Assembly (NCBI GenBank): GCA_028534125.1 | Contig: CM052816.1 | Location: forward strand, 38,380,001-38,444,000 | Direction: 5' to 3' | Source of the DNA: Lama glama | Taxonomy: Eukaryota | DNA: 64,000 bases | In this document: positions 1 to 12,900 of the stretch, piece after piece | Numbering within the stretch: the first letter of the stretch is position 1 | Layout: each line of letters begins with the position of its first letter | The notes under the pieces: generated by a model | Seen by the model: only the letters and a program-made list of their open reading frames with translations | What the model was told of the DNA's origin: nothing | The model's database searches: none | Made by a program: the position numbers and the translations under genes

Positions 1-646
1 GTCACAGACCTCAAGGTAATGGAAAACGCAGGGCTGCCCTGTTGCAATGAAGAAGGGAATTCAGGTACTGGTGAGCACCACTGCTTCCGGCCCCTGATAC
101 TTACGCAAAATTAAAGTTCGCCCCTTTGGGGGAGGGTGTCGATGCTGGCTCATCACCATTCCCACATTTTGATACAGAGACTGTCTCGGATTCCCATTTC
201 TTTACGCTCAATTCTCTACTCATCCCACTGTAATCTGACTTCTGTCTGTACTATTCTAAGGAATACATTTTATTAAAGTCACAATGTCTGTAAACACACA
301 CACACCCAATTTCCCACCTAAAGCCTCCGGACTCCGTCTCTTCCCAGCCACTGGCCGGCGTCCCTCCAGACAAAGGCCTCCTCCTCTCTCGACGACCCGC
401 CACCTCTCATCCGCTACGAAGTCCCCTCGGCCCAAGGCCACCGTCCTCCAAAAGCTCCCCAGCAGCCGCCGCGAGGGGCTCGCCCCTGTCTCCTCAGCAA
501 CCTGCCCGCATTTCCCTCCGACGACTCCTCTGACTCGGCTTTGGCCCCTAGATTTTGTCCCTCAGACCGCTCCTCAAAAGTGCGCCCCACGCAGCCTTCG
601 CCCGGCTCCCCAAACCTCCCCGGCGTCGGGCACCACGTCCGCGCAC

Positions 647-690
647 CTGCAGAAGCGTCGCGCAGCCGCCGTAGTTGGGCCTCGACGGGG
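647..690 (-). other. Putative non-coding first exon (5'UTR); the upstream boundary (TSS) is approximate
   Basis: Minus strand reads ...GCGACGCTTCTGCAG|GTGCGCGG, a CAG|GTGCGC donor just downstream of the GC boxes; no ATG in the exon. Confidence 0.55.
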
Positions 691-711
691 GCGGATATCC
701 GGGCGGAAAAC

Positions 712-730
712 GAGCGCCGCCTGGTGGCCA
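712..730 (-). promoter_or_regulatory. CTCF binding motif (points left)
   Basis: Minus strand TGGCCACCAGGCGGCGCTC, 17/19 identical to the consensus TGGCCACCAGGGGGCGCTA. Confidence 0.8.
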
Positions 731-772
731 AAGCAGCCGGGGTCGCGCCGGGGTCGCGCTGGTGTCGCAAGG

Positions 773-791
773 CAGCCACGAGGTGGCGCTG
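773..791 (+). promoter_or_regulatory. CTCF binding motif (points right)
   Basis: CAGCCACGAGGTGGCGCTG; the core CCACnAGGTGGCGC fits the CTCF consensus. Confidence 0.75.
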
Positions 792-1489
792 CTGCTCTGT
801 CACAAATGACATTAACACTCATCAAGGAGCAACTTCAGCCTTTAACTGAAACAACAGTATACATTTTAGCTGACTCTCCCAGTCAGATTCAGTTTCGCGT
901 CCATCTGTGGTACTTTTATCTTTTAGTCATCACCGTTATGGAACGTAATACATTGTATTTTAAATATCTTGTATATGTCTTGCGTAGTCTCCTTAAGGTC
1001 AAAGACCATTTCTCTTCGATTGTATGATTTTGATCCTTATTGCAGTGTCTGGAACATCTCAGTGCCTCAGGAAATACTGGTTCACAAACAGGTGAGTCAT
1101 TCAATAGCCATGTTTTCCATTAAGTATATACACGATGTCCAGCTAAGGATGTCTAACAGGTCGTTGGCTGTATAAAAAAGGACTTTACACGCCTTCTCTA
1201 GTTGGTAATCTACAAATATGAAGAAATTGAAACTCATGTGTATATGTTCGGGGCTTACTTAGCTCCTAGGATTTGTGAGTTGATTCTTTTTTTTTTTTTA
1301 ATCAAATTAGGAACATTTTTGGTGATAATTTCCACAAATAAATTTTGTTTCCTGCTTTTTTTTTTTTTTCAGGACTCCATTCAAACATCTTAATGGGCCA
1401 CTTGGAAAGCTGTTCCACAGGTGTATGTGGTTTTTTTTGTTTTGTTTTTAGGTTATTTCTCCCTGTTTTTTTCTTTTTAATTATTATTA

Positions 1490-2520
1490 TTTTGGAGAAT
1501 TTTTTATAGCTTCAAATGTACTAATAGTATCCTCTGTAATATCCAATCTATTAATCCCTTTTAGCGATTTTTCTCAGACATTGTAGTTTTTATTTCTACA
1601 AGTTCCACGTGGGTATTGTTTATATTTTCCATTTATCTGCTCAACATGATCAGTCTCTCTTCTGTCTCTTACAATATATGGAATAGAGTTAACATAACTA
1701 TTTTAATGTCCTTGTTTTTTAATTCTAACGTCTATCATTTCTGGGTTGGTTTTGATTTAATGGATTTCCTCCTCTATAGGTCATATTTTTCTGCTTCTTT
1801 GGATGCCTTACAATTTTTTTTAATTATGTGCCATACACTGTAAATTTTACCTTGCTGAGTAGTATATATTTTTGTATTCCCATAATTATTCTTGAGCTTT
1901 GTGCTGGGACCCAGTTAACTTACCTGTAAATGGTCAGATCCTTTCAGTCTTCCTCTTAAGACTTGTTAAGTGGGACCAAGGCAGCATTTACTCTTGGGAT
2001 AATAATTCTCCACTCCTGTGATAAGACTTTTCTGAATACTCAGTGTCACACTTATTACGAGGCTGTCCAGACCTGCTGGGGAACAGATACTCTTCCCAGC
2101 CATATGTGAGCTTGAGCTGCTGTTTCTTCTAATCCTTTAGGTGATTCTTTTTCCTGCCTCAAATTGTTCCCTCAAATCTGCCAATCACTATTCGGCTGAA
2201 GACTAGAGGATCTCTACAAATCTCCTCTGTTCTCTCTGCACCTGTCCTCTCTTCTCAGCTCTATTTCCTCACCTCAGTGAGTATGCTGGATTCTCCCTGG
2301 ATACCCTCTTTACTGAACTAGGACCTGGAAACTCCTTGCTGCACTAAACTGGGGCAGTCGGTGCTCATTTCATTTACTTCCCATCTTTCATGGTTTACTG
2401 CCTTTCTTTGCTTGAGGCCCAATGTTTAGAAAATCACTGTTTCATAGATTTATCCATATTTTTAGTTGCTTAGGCAAAAGGGTAAATTTCATCCTTCTTA
2501 CTCCATTTTAGTCAGAGGCA
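1490..2520 (-). mobile_element. Ancient L1 (L1MC/MD-like 5' region) fragment
   Basis: T-rich degenerate L1 sequence; the segment gggtaaatttcatccttcttactccattttagtcagagg resembles old L1M 5' ends. Confidence 0.6.
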
Positions 2521-2599
2521 GGCACTCAAAACTCATGTGTTTAGATAATTTTATCTAGAAATTGAAGGAAGAAAAGATAAAGATGATGTCCTGAATTCT

Positions 2600-4010
2600 C
2601 CCGTATTGAACCAGAAAAAAATAACAAGAAGTCTATGAAAAGGACAAAGCAGTAGTGGTCATGGAAGGAAGAAGAAATTTTACAAAAAGACCAAGGTAAA
2701 TAGCAAATGATTAAGGCAGAATCAAGAAGGCAGGGGTAGTCAATGATGCCAGTCACTTCAGGTAAGTTACGCTGGACAAGAATGTCTGTATCTTTGGAGT
2801 CCCTAGCACATTTGGAAATGAAATGGAGGCAAATGTTTCTTCCTCCTTATAAATGGGATGGGAGCACCTGTGATAGCCAATAGAGAATATTCTTTCAAAA
2901 ACTTCAACTGTGAACTAGAGACAGAGAAAGGAAAATGATGTGGGGACAAATTTTTTGTTTTCCATATTTATAAGGTGGGGGAAGTTAGCAATTGTTTCCA
3001 TGTTAGAGGAAGAGTGACAGACAGTAAGATACTGTTGAAGATAAAAAAAAAAGAGTAAGTAGTGGAGCACATTTCCCAAAGAGACACCAGGCAACCCTTC
3101 CGTTCATGCACAGAGAGGAACGGAGAGGAGTTAGTAGAGATCCATGTATCTTTGTCATTTCAAGGGGGAGGGAGGAGACATAAATATGTGGAAATGTTCC
3201 GTTTCTAGCTTTTCTGCGAAGTAGGAAAGTAGTTTGCTGAACGAGTACTTAGATAGACTCAAGGACATGAGGAAAGTGACAAAAATTTGAGTGTACCTCC
3301 AGGGAACGGGTAAAAGGCTGGCTGTGGCTGGAAACAACCCTGGGGAACAACGAAGGTCCTGCTCAGCTGAAGACTTGCGACTCTACATTCGAAGGAAAAC
3401 TCAATCACAGAGTTAGTCTCTCTTCCCCTTCATCATGCCACTTATAAAGCAGAGAATGAGAGAAGGATGATGCGAGTGTACTCAGCTGAAATTTTGCTGG
3501 GTGGCTGTGATGGAACAGAAAACAATAAGATGAAGGTGACGACCCAAGGAGTCCAGGGTGTAAAAGGGAAAAGAGGGAACACAGTGGGCTTAGAAGCTTC
3601 GGGGGAGAAAAAGGCAAGGGACTGGGAACTCTGATGGGTTAGGAAAAGCAAATGCAGTGAGAACGAGCTGGTGAGAAATCTAAAGAAACCGGAAGCTGTG
3701 CAGAGTGGAGCAGTGGACTTTCCCGCCTGAAAGAGCTGCCAGCGGCGGTGAGCTGTCCTGTGCAACCTGAGGTGTGGCTGCCGCTGAAGTGGAGTGGACG
3801 TGACGCTTTCACCATGAAAATCAAATGGCTCTGGGGCTGGCAAACAGCCCTTGAGTTTTCCGGTACAACATAAGAGACCTGAAGGAGTGAGGAAGACCCT
3901 GAGTTAGTTGCCAAATGCTCAAAAGAATATATGGAAAGCATTGGCTAGAGTCGGTGGGATGTGACAAAACAATGGCCTGGGCATGCAAGGAGGAGGTCTG
4001 TGGGTCCAGA
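2600..4010 (-). mobile_element. Ancient L2 LINE fragment
   Basis: Purine-rich degenerate sequence with L2-like motifs (e.g. gcttttctgcgaagtaggaaagtag at about 3210-3235). Confidence 0.5.
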
Positions 4011-4606
4011 GTGGAAGACACATTCCTCTCTTCACTCTCAGTATGGGGAATGAGAGAATAAGCAGATTTCTCTAAGGAGGAAATTAATAGAAAGAGCACC
4101 CGTGAGATCTTTCCACCTAATTTCACGTATTTTATGTGTCTTCCTAATTGTTCCAATTTCAAAAAGTATTTTCCGACTTGGTCGCTGAATTCCAGGGAGC
4201 ACCTTATTTAATTACATCACACAGAGAACCCTAATAGGCTATCTACAGACACAGGAGGAAAAGCATTTAGCCACATCAGTCACTGAGGGCAGCAGGAATG
4301 GCAGTGAGGAAAACCAGCTGGGAAACGAGCATAAATCTCCCCAGGGGTAGGTCCCAAAAGCAGTGTTAGACTGGCTGGGAAGCAGGGCGTTGTCAGACCA
4401 GTATTCTGCTCCAGCGCGCTGACTCCAAGGAATCCTCACTCAGAGAATGTTGCTTGATCTTGATTCATAAATACATTTTTAAAACAGATATTTTTCAAAG
4501 TGAAGTGAAATACCACCATCCCAACACTTCCTAAAGCTCTGAGAAGGCACACACTAAGTGCCAGGAATAACCTGCTCAGATGCCGGAGTGCAGGCTTCAC
4601 TCCCTC

Positions 4607-5430
4607 TAGGCCAGCGCTGTCTTCTCCAGCTTCTGCGCGCCTCAAGTCCCGCACGTGGGGTTTAATGCCACTTGGGTCCCTGTCTTGAAATTCTTAATAA
4701 TTTCATCTTTGAATGTGTGATCTGCAAGTGAGCTCACCCCAGAGACTTAGAACCTCTGCTCACCTGCAGTCCTGTCTCCTTCTGCCTCCATGGGACCGAT
4801 TCTTGGCCTCGCCCTCCTCTCCCCTCCCCTCCCCTCCCCATCCCAGCGGCAGCCTCTGCCCTCCATCCCCAGCTGGGGCCTGGTCACCAGCATGCAGAAG
4901 GTGAAGGTCAGTCCTGGTGAAACTTAGTGGTGATTATTCCTCTTCAGACGGGCACTGAGAGCCTCGGCCCATTCCACAGAAGACTCATGGGGCAAGCCTC
5001 TCACCCACCCTGACCTAGGCGCTCATGCCTCCCCACGCAGAGGTCACAGTGCCCTCTCAGGTTGTCAGTCCACCTTGACTTCCCTGCTCCTTATGACACT
5101 CAGCATGTTGGTCGGGTGCCTGGCAGGGGGTGTGGACCGGCAGCTGGTGGGCACTCAAGTAACTCAAGTACACTCAGTCACAGAGACAGGGCCCCCAGGG
5201 GCCTGTGAACGTCAGCACCGGCCCTCCTGATATCCCCACGCCCAAAGAGCAGGCCATTAAATAGTAAACTTTAATAGTATATGCTTTAGATTAAGACAGA
5301 GGAGGAGGACCACAGGAGAAAGAATTTTATGTTAAGCACCTTTACTAGCACTTGTTCCCTGCTACTTGCACAAAAGGGTCCTATATTTTCATTCTGCACT
5401 GAGCCTGGAAAGGTGAGTAGCTGATCTTGC
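4607..5430 (+). mobile_element. MER45-family (hAT-Tip100) DNA transposon
   Basis: ggtttaatg...gtcttgaaattcttaataattt near the left end and aagggtcctatattttcattctgcactgagcc near the right end match MER45 terminal regions; GC-rich interior. Confidence 0.65.
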
Positions 5431-5869
5431 TCCCAGCTCTCAGCAACAGGAAATGACTGAAAGAGGCAAACCACTCACATGCGTTTGGCATATTCTGCAG
5501 CTGGTTCATACGATCAGCCCAGTTTTCTCCCACAGACAAATGCCCCCTGCCTTCCCATGGATCCAGGTCTGTGTTCCACGTCTGGCCTATGACGTCGTGA
5601 GTGCTGAAGAGTGGCAGTGACACAAGGCACACTATGAACGGAATAACCTTTCCTAAGCACCCTAACTTCATAGTTTTCATTGTTTGCTTTAAAATCTTAT
5701 AGAATTAGCCCCAGGAAAAATAAAAATCTCATAGGCACATAAAATCCCCCTTCCCTTAATCAGGGTTTCAATCCACCAACACAGCCCAACAAACTCCATT
5801 GTCAATGATGTGTTCACTACCTCCTCGAAATCTACTACTGGTAAGTTAATGTTAAACAAATGTATACTC

Positions 5870-6030
5870 GGTTTCAGATTCTGTGCTCTGACGCATGATC
5901 TCCTTTAGCCACAAAAATCTATCAATGGTTGGAATTTATCATTATTCCTATTTTACAGAGGAGAAAACTGCCTGGAAAGGGTTATGTGATGTTGCCAGCG
6001 ATGCAGTGGGGTGTAGGTGGGAACTGCATC
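5870..6030 (-). mobile_element. MIR SINE
   Basis: Reverse MIR core attcctattttacagaggagaaaactg. Confidence 0.65.
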
Positions 6031-9000
6031 ACGGCTGATATAAGGCAAAATACCAATACACAGACTGGCATGCTGGACATGTCCTACAATATAGAAAATC
6101 CTTGATTTGGGAATGATGCTGGAGTTTAAAATTCCACATGATTTTTAGTTCAGAAATATAATTTCAAAAATAAAAATCAATTGATCTTTAAGAAAAGCAC
6201 TTTAAGTGGTTTAAATTAGAAGATTTCTCTTGTCACAACATTATTAATTAATGGAACATGCTTTGTTATACTGGATAAAGCTTCTACCGTCCCTCTATTA
6301 CAACTGTCTACCAACTTTCAATGAATTCAGATTTTTATGCAAGACATAACAGGATATTTTGACATAAATTGTGTCATAAAGGGATTTTTATTTACAATAG
6401 ACTTGAAGAATTGCATTTTAAATATTCTTTCCTCTCATAGAGTATTACGTGTTGCCATATAAATGCAAATGTCAATTTATCGATTGCAAAATGTATTTTA
6501 AATAGTGAATGTCTTAAAAAATATTTGAAATTGAATTATTAAATTTAACTAAAATAAGAAATCTTTTTTAAAAGCTGAAAAAATACAGCTGGTCTTTTTA
6601 ATCACAGATTTTAAAAAATTGTATTAATTTTTTCAATGAATTGAATTTTCATTGTCATTTTGGATTTGGGGAATTGTGATTGTTTCCTTGATGTTTTCAT
6701 CAATAATCCTCAATATTTTATGCAGATTACAGAAACAACCCTGCTGTGTTATCAGTAAGTATGGTGAGACAGAAGAAAAAATAAACTTCCACAGATACAA
6801 GAGGAAAAATAACTCATGTGTCTTTGAAGGAGAATTTGGTTTCTCAGATTACTGATGGTTCAGACTAGAACGTAGGTTCCCAAGTCAAGAAAGGAGGAAA
6901 ACTTAAGTGGTGGTTGCTGATGCAGAGAGCCCATTTAGATCAAAGAGATACTGCTAAAGGACTAAAGGTGAAATATGTTTTTGTTGTAGCTTTTAGCCTG
7001 CGTCAAGATCTGTTGCCTTTAAGGTTGAAAAAAACACTCCAAAGGGGGCAATAATGATTCCAGATACAGACATTTCACTCTACTGACGATGCCCTTCCCT
7101 GTCCTCCTGTGCGCGGCTTCCTATTACTGCTGTACACCAGAGCAAACTGTATACCTTTCTCTATAAATAATGAAAGCAGGCGTAAGCGCAAGAAATATAA
7201 AGGGGCTGCTGTAAACACATACTTCTGTTTTCATTACCACTGTTTTATTAACAAATTACTGCCATTAAAGAGATTATGAGGTTGCAAAAAGCAATCCAAA
7301 ATGAAATAGTCCAGGCCTAGCTCTCATTTTGTAATGAAGTGAAGAGGTTTGCTTGCAGTTCGTTCAGCTCCTCATTGCTCTGTGACTGCAAACGTCTGTT
7401 CTGTATCTTGAATTGTGAATGTGCTCGCCCCAGCCAGGCTCCGTGAGTCATCCTTTCTAGGGGAAAAGGATGCTTCCAATTAAGTCAAAAAACACATCTC
7501 TCGCCTCCTAATGTGAAGAGTGGTGTGTTATTTATAATTTACCCCACATTGGAACAATATCCTCAAAAGCCCCATATTTTTTATTGTAGTTACTCTATAA
7601 GTCAGTAGTCTGACAAAACGATAAGCTTTTTAAGCAGTCATGACTCCAGAACTTACTAGTAGCATAATTTTCATCTTAAACCAGTACTTCACTTTTGAAC
7701 ACTGGGACTTTAACCATCTAGATTTCTGGGGAGACCCTGAAAGTGTCCTGTTTCGAACTTTTTTAAGTCACTGTGGTAAATGGCTCTCGTGTTTCAGAGC
7801 CTTTGGTTATTTGGGATTATTCAGGCGTATGCAATCTTTTCTTTAAGAAGGTGAAAAGAGAGGTTACTCATATCTTTGTGGGCATATTTTGGAGCTTGAA
7901 AGAAACAAAATATTGGCCATATTCTGCCAATTCTAAAATTGATTTTGAAATAGTCCTGGCCATTGGCAACCAGAAGCCTGATAATCACTATTGCTAAAGA
8001 AAACCAGTGCTGCAAGATAATGACACATCAATGGCCTGGGGTACAGGGAATCAGGAAATAAGGGGGATTGACCAGAACTGGTTTCCTATGGAATGAGTGC
8101 CAGATATAGAATTGAATACATTTTGATTTTATAAAACATTTGAGGTTAAACCTTTTTCTGACCCTCAGAATTTCCCATATTTGCCTATTATTGTGTTTAA
8201 ACTTTATTTAGATCATATTTAGTAGAAAATTTGAAAATTTTCTACCAGTCTCATTTTACATGCAAACTTAAAAAACATGATTGAATACTGCAAAATGCAA
8301 ATAATTTTTTTTTATTTTAGTTCTTAATAACTGAGGATTTTTTGTGTATTTCTGAAACAATGCAGTTTTTTTTTTCCCTTGGACAGTCAAGTAACAAACA
8401 TTCAGAAGAATAAATGTGAAAAAATAGAAAATTATAAAACTAAGAATAAAATAATCATTAAAGCTCTAACCAAAAAATTACTCATTACGTAACAATCAGT
8501 TTCTAAGTGTTTGTTTATTTTAGAAAATGGAAATTTTACTGTTTCTATTGTTTATCTTTTCTCCAAAAATGTTATCATTTCAAAAGAATTCTAGGTAACA
8601 AAGCAAGATTACAAAATCTTGATCCCTCAATATTAGATAAAAAGAAAAAAGAACAGAAATAATCAAATAGAAATCTCAGCTGCAAGCAAACCACGTTACA
8701 AGTAAAATTTCATATCATAATCTTGGAAAAATCTTGACCAAGGAAAGAATTCTGCTACAGATATGTTTGTGTTATAACACCTGGAAGTCATCTCGGGAAA
8801 GAATATAAATCAAGAGAATCTACAAAATTCTCACCTATACCTACTAATTTGAAGACAAATGGGTAAACATGACAAGTAGGTCATCCAGAAAGGACAGGTT
8901 CAAACCCTACAGAACAAAGTCCCCTCACCATTTCCAAGGGCTGCAGGATGAAAAGGAGGGAATAACCTGAGGCACCTACACCTTCTGCCAAGGGATCACG

Positions 9001-10494
9001 GACGCTCCCTCTAGCAAAATAGTAGACACCCTGCTTCACACCATTTCACACAAACAAAGAAGTATAAGAAATGCTCAAGACATCCAACAATGGCTACATA
9101 TTGTTCCAGCAAAGCCTCTTCTCAAACTGGACCAAAGTGTCACATCTCAAGTCACAAACTATCCTTGGAGAGGGGAAGAAAGATCAGTTTCAGATATGGT
9201 AGTTATGGAATCAAGATAATTAATCCACATGATACAACAACAAGCAAAGGTTTTTGCAGAGCAAGATGCAAAGAAAATACATGGCAAGTTAAGAAAGCAC
9301 ACCACAGAAACTGATAGATGAAATGTACATCACATGTTTTAAAATGTCACTCTCAAAGGGAACCCAATGCAAGAAAAAAGTAAAGAAAAAATAAAAACAC
9401 AACTCTCTGGGAGTGCCTTATAATCAAGAATATCCAGTAATATTACAGCTAAGAAGACCGAAATAAACCTGATAGAAATAAAAAAGAAATTAAAAGTATT
9501 GTGGGATAGACTAGTCATGCATAAATGTCATAGAATTGATATAAATGAATCTTCCACTGGGAAAAAAGTGGATAGTCCAACAAATAAAACAAACACTGTA
9601 ATAAACATAGTATATATGAATATTAAAAATGGCACATTGCATTTTTTCATCTTCTATTTAATAAAAGACTTTGAAACATATTGTGATTATATCATTGAAT
9701 TTGAAAAATAAAGACTCTTCAGGATCCTTGCAGAAAACAAGTCACAAGTGGAAGTTACAGGTGGACCCAATCATACTGGCAATGGATTCTTCCGTAACAA
9801 ATTTCAGACACCAGTGAAAAAAATTACCTATAGATCTGAGGGGAATATATTGTGACACAATATTATAAACAGTCATTTTTTGTTGTTTATATACAATGGC
9901 AATACAAAGATATTCCTGAAAATTAATAAACCGGAGGAATCTCTATATGTGTATAATATACATATAAAATATTTAATATTCATTTATTTTATGTAAATAC
10001 ATATATATGTGTGTATATATACACATATACAGACTAAGAATGATATTTCCCCAATGTGTTATTACTGGATGGAGATATATTTTTGTTACTTTTCTTGATT
10101 CATCTTGATTTTTAAAATAATTTTAGTTTTATTAATTTATAACTTTAGTTCATAAATTTAGTTTAGAAATTTAAATAGTTTCTATTAAATAATTAAATGA
10201 TTATTCTAAAAAGTTTAAGACATAATTTTAATGATTGACATCCATTTTATGTATTTTTTATACTATAATTCATTGAATTTTAATAGTTTATATTTCCTTT
10301 ATTTCTAATTTTTACTAGTGTCAATCATACTGTGATGGGTATCTTTATAAAACTTTGTATCACTGATTATTTCTAGGAACTGATTCTAAGAATTACTACT
10401 TCAAAGAATTACAATATATTTAAAGTTTCTTTGGATTAATAAATTGCTTTTCAGGGAGACTGTCTCCATTTATCCTTCCATCAAAAGTGAATGT

Positions 10495-11337
10495 GGTTCC
10501 GGGCAAGATGGCGGAGTAGAAGGACGCTTGTAAGCCACCCTCTCCCACAAATACACCAAGACCCACATCTACAGACCCACTCAGCCAACCAGAGCACCTG
10601 CGGAACTCCAACAGATCATCGCCCTCTTCAAAAGATAAAGACGCCAAAAATCTGGTAGGAGAAAAGGAAAAAAGAAAGAACAAAAGGCAAAGCAGNNNNN
10701 NNNNNNNNNNNNNNNNNNNNNNNNNNNNNNNNNNNNNNNNNNNNNNNNNNNNNNNNNNNNNNNNNNNNNNNNNNNNNNNNNNNNNNNNNNNNNNNNNNNN
10801 NNNNNNNNNNNNNNNNNNNNNNNNNNNNNNNNNNNNNNNNNNNNNNNNNNNNNNNNNNNNNNNNNNNNNNNNNNNNNNNNNNNNNNNNNNNNNNNNNNNN
10901 NNNNNNNNNNNNNNNNNNNNNNNNNNNNNNNNNNNNNNNNNNNNNNNNNNNNNNNNNNNNNNNNNNNNNNNNNNNNNNNNNNNNNNNNNNNNNNNNNNNN
11001 NNNNNNNNNNNNNNNNNNNNNNNNNNNNNNNNNNNNNNNNNNNNNNNNNNNNNNNNNNNNNNNNNNNNNNNNNNNNNNNNNNNNNNNNNNNNNNNNNNNN
11101 NNNNNNNNNNNNNNNNNNNNNNNNNNNNNNNNNNNNNNNNNNNNNNNNNNNNNNNNNNNNNNNNNNNNNNNNNNNNNNNNNNNNNNNNNNNNNNNACAAA
11201 ATGTTATGATAAATCACAGAGAAAAAAATGTGACAATGAGTGTGTATATGTCCATGTATGACTGAAAAATTGTACTGAACACTGGAATTTGACACAACAC
11301 TGTAAAATGATTATGAATCAATAAAAATGTAAAAAAA
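10495..11337 (+). mobile_element. Young, 5'-intact L1 with its interior hidden in an assembly gap
   Basis: Starts GGTTCCGGGCAAGATGGCGGAG (L1 5'UTR with YY1-type CAAGATGGCG); ends in an L1 3'UTR, AATAAA and poly(A); perfect 12-bp TSD AAAAGTGAATGT at 10483-10494 and 11338-11349. Confidence 0.9.
10696..11195. other. Assembly gap (500 N)
   Basis: Run of exactly 500 n. Confidence 0.99.
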
Positions 11338-11351
11338 AAAAGTGAATGTAA

Positions 11352-11478
11352 GTGGCGAGGTTATAACTCAAGTAGTAGAGTGCATGCTTAGCATGCACAG
11401 GGTTCTAGGTTCAATCCCTAGTACCTCTTCTCAAAACAAACAAACAAACAAACCTAAACACCCCCCCCAAAAAACAAC
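11352..11478 (+). mobile_element. tRNA-derived SINE (camelid Vic-1-like)
   Basis: tRNA-like head with A box (ataactcaagtagtagag) and B box (ggttcaatccc), gcatgcttagcatgc motif, (CAAA)n and C-run tail; flanked by AAAAGTGAAT copies. Confidence 0.85.
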
Positions 11479-11569
11479 AAAAGTGAATACAGTGTTTATT
11501 TGACTACACTCTTTGTTCAGTTAAACCTTTAAATATTTTTCATTTTTTCTCTAGTCATATTTCTTACAC

Positions 11570-12900
11570 TAATTCTTTCCATACCCACTAGCCTGCTACT
11601 GGGAAGTCTGTATAATAAAGATATCAGTTTACATTTCCTTTTTTTGAACTTTATATAAAGGTCATCCTACTGCAGTGGTCTTTCCGCTTAATACTGTCAT
11701 AGTGAGGTCACCATGTTGTTGCCAACAGTTATAATTCATTTATTTTTCCTGATGCATATTCCATTTTGTAATTGCAACAAAATTTATTCACCTTGTTTAT
11801 AGGGTTTATGAGGTTTCAGGGTTTTTTCTCTATTACAAAAAAATGATCTTTTGAACCTTAATTGTACATGCTTCCTGAGAAACTTTTGAAAGAATTACTC
11901 TTGGATAAGTACTTCCGAGTTGAATTATTGGATTATAGGGGAAACAAAAGCTCATTTTTACAACACAATGCTATATTGTTTTCCACGCGTATTACCCAAT
12001 TTATTCTCCTGCCGGCCTAATGGACCCCAGTGATCCACATCACCTACGGAGCTCAGTAAAGTCAGACTTTCACCTAAAGAATGAGTCCACGACAGTATCT
12101 TCCGTCGATCTTGATTTGTGTGTCTGTGATGACTAATGAAGTCCAGCACATCTTCTCACCTTCTTTGGCCCTTTGTATTACTTTTCTTGCAAAACATCTG
12201 TTCATGTCTGAATACTTTTTCAATTCGGTTTACTTTATTGATTGTTCTGTTGAGTTCTCATATATTTGAAAGTTAATGTTTTGTTGTTTACACATATTCC
12301 CACGCCAGTTTGTGTTCTGTCATTTTCACTTTCTCTAAAACACTTTTCACGAGCTAAATTTCTTAATTTTCATCCAGTCAAATTTGATAGTCTTTTACTT
12401 ATGATTGTTTCATTGCTTTTTGTTCAGGAAATCTACATTTTCCAAGGCCACTTGTGTAACAGGCACTCCTCAGCTCAGACGCCTGCCATACTACATTTGG
12501 CGTGAAGCAAAATTCCTTGCAAGTAGGGGTCTTTTTAATAATCCTCTGCTCTCTTCTACGGCAAATATTTACCCCTGAACCACTCCCATAGAGTCCCACT
12601 ATTTGTATTTTATAGTAAGCTTTCAATCTACTTCTCTTTTTGATTTTCTTTTACAGGTAAGATTTGACTCTTCTCAGCCCTTTGTACTTCTATATAACTT
12701 CTAGAAATGGTTTATTCATTTAAGAATAAGTGTGTTTGAGCAACACTGAATCTAGATTTAGGTAGTATTGACATATTTAAAATATCAAGTGCTCCTTTGC
12801 ATGAACATTAAATATCTCTTCAATTATGCCCTGTAAGAGTTACGCTGCATGATGGTCTTTATGAGTGCTAAAGGTTATCATTATTTAAAGTTTCTATTAG
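11570..12900 (-). mobile_element. Ancient L1ME-like 3' region (also 10300-10490, which hosts the younger insertions)
   Basis: Degenerate L1 3' motifs (ccatgttgttgcc...ttcatttattttt, ttgaattattggattataggg, ttgatttgtgtgtctgtgatgactaatgaagt). Confidence 0.65.

Larger units (their letters stand above)
320..800. promoter_or_regulatory. CpG island / promoter of a minus-strand gene running out of the left end of the window
   Basis: Only strongly GC- and CpG-dense stretch in the window; GC boxes (GGGCGG) near 688-693 and at 701-706; contains a minus-strand splice donor at 646. Confidence 0.88.

Noticed and set aside
105..255. Possible minus-strand exon (ttccttag|...TGC|gtaagt)
   Set aside because: Splice motifs only, with a weak exonic side on the donor; not distinguishable from chance.
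284..1027. 247-aa plus-strand ORF and the overlapping ORFs on both strands
   Set aside because: Low-complexity P/R/S/A sequence arising from stop-codon scarcity in a CpG island; no recognisable domain.
10420..11295. 291-aa ORF
   Set aside because: Artefact of translating through the N gap.
11352..11430. tRNA-like sequence as a functional tRNA gene
   Set aside because: Mutated stems, a SINE tail and flanking TSDs indicate a tRNA-derived SINE.
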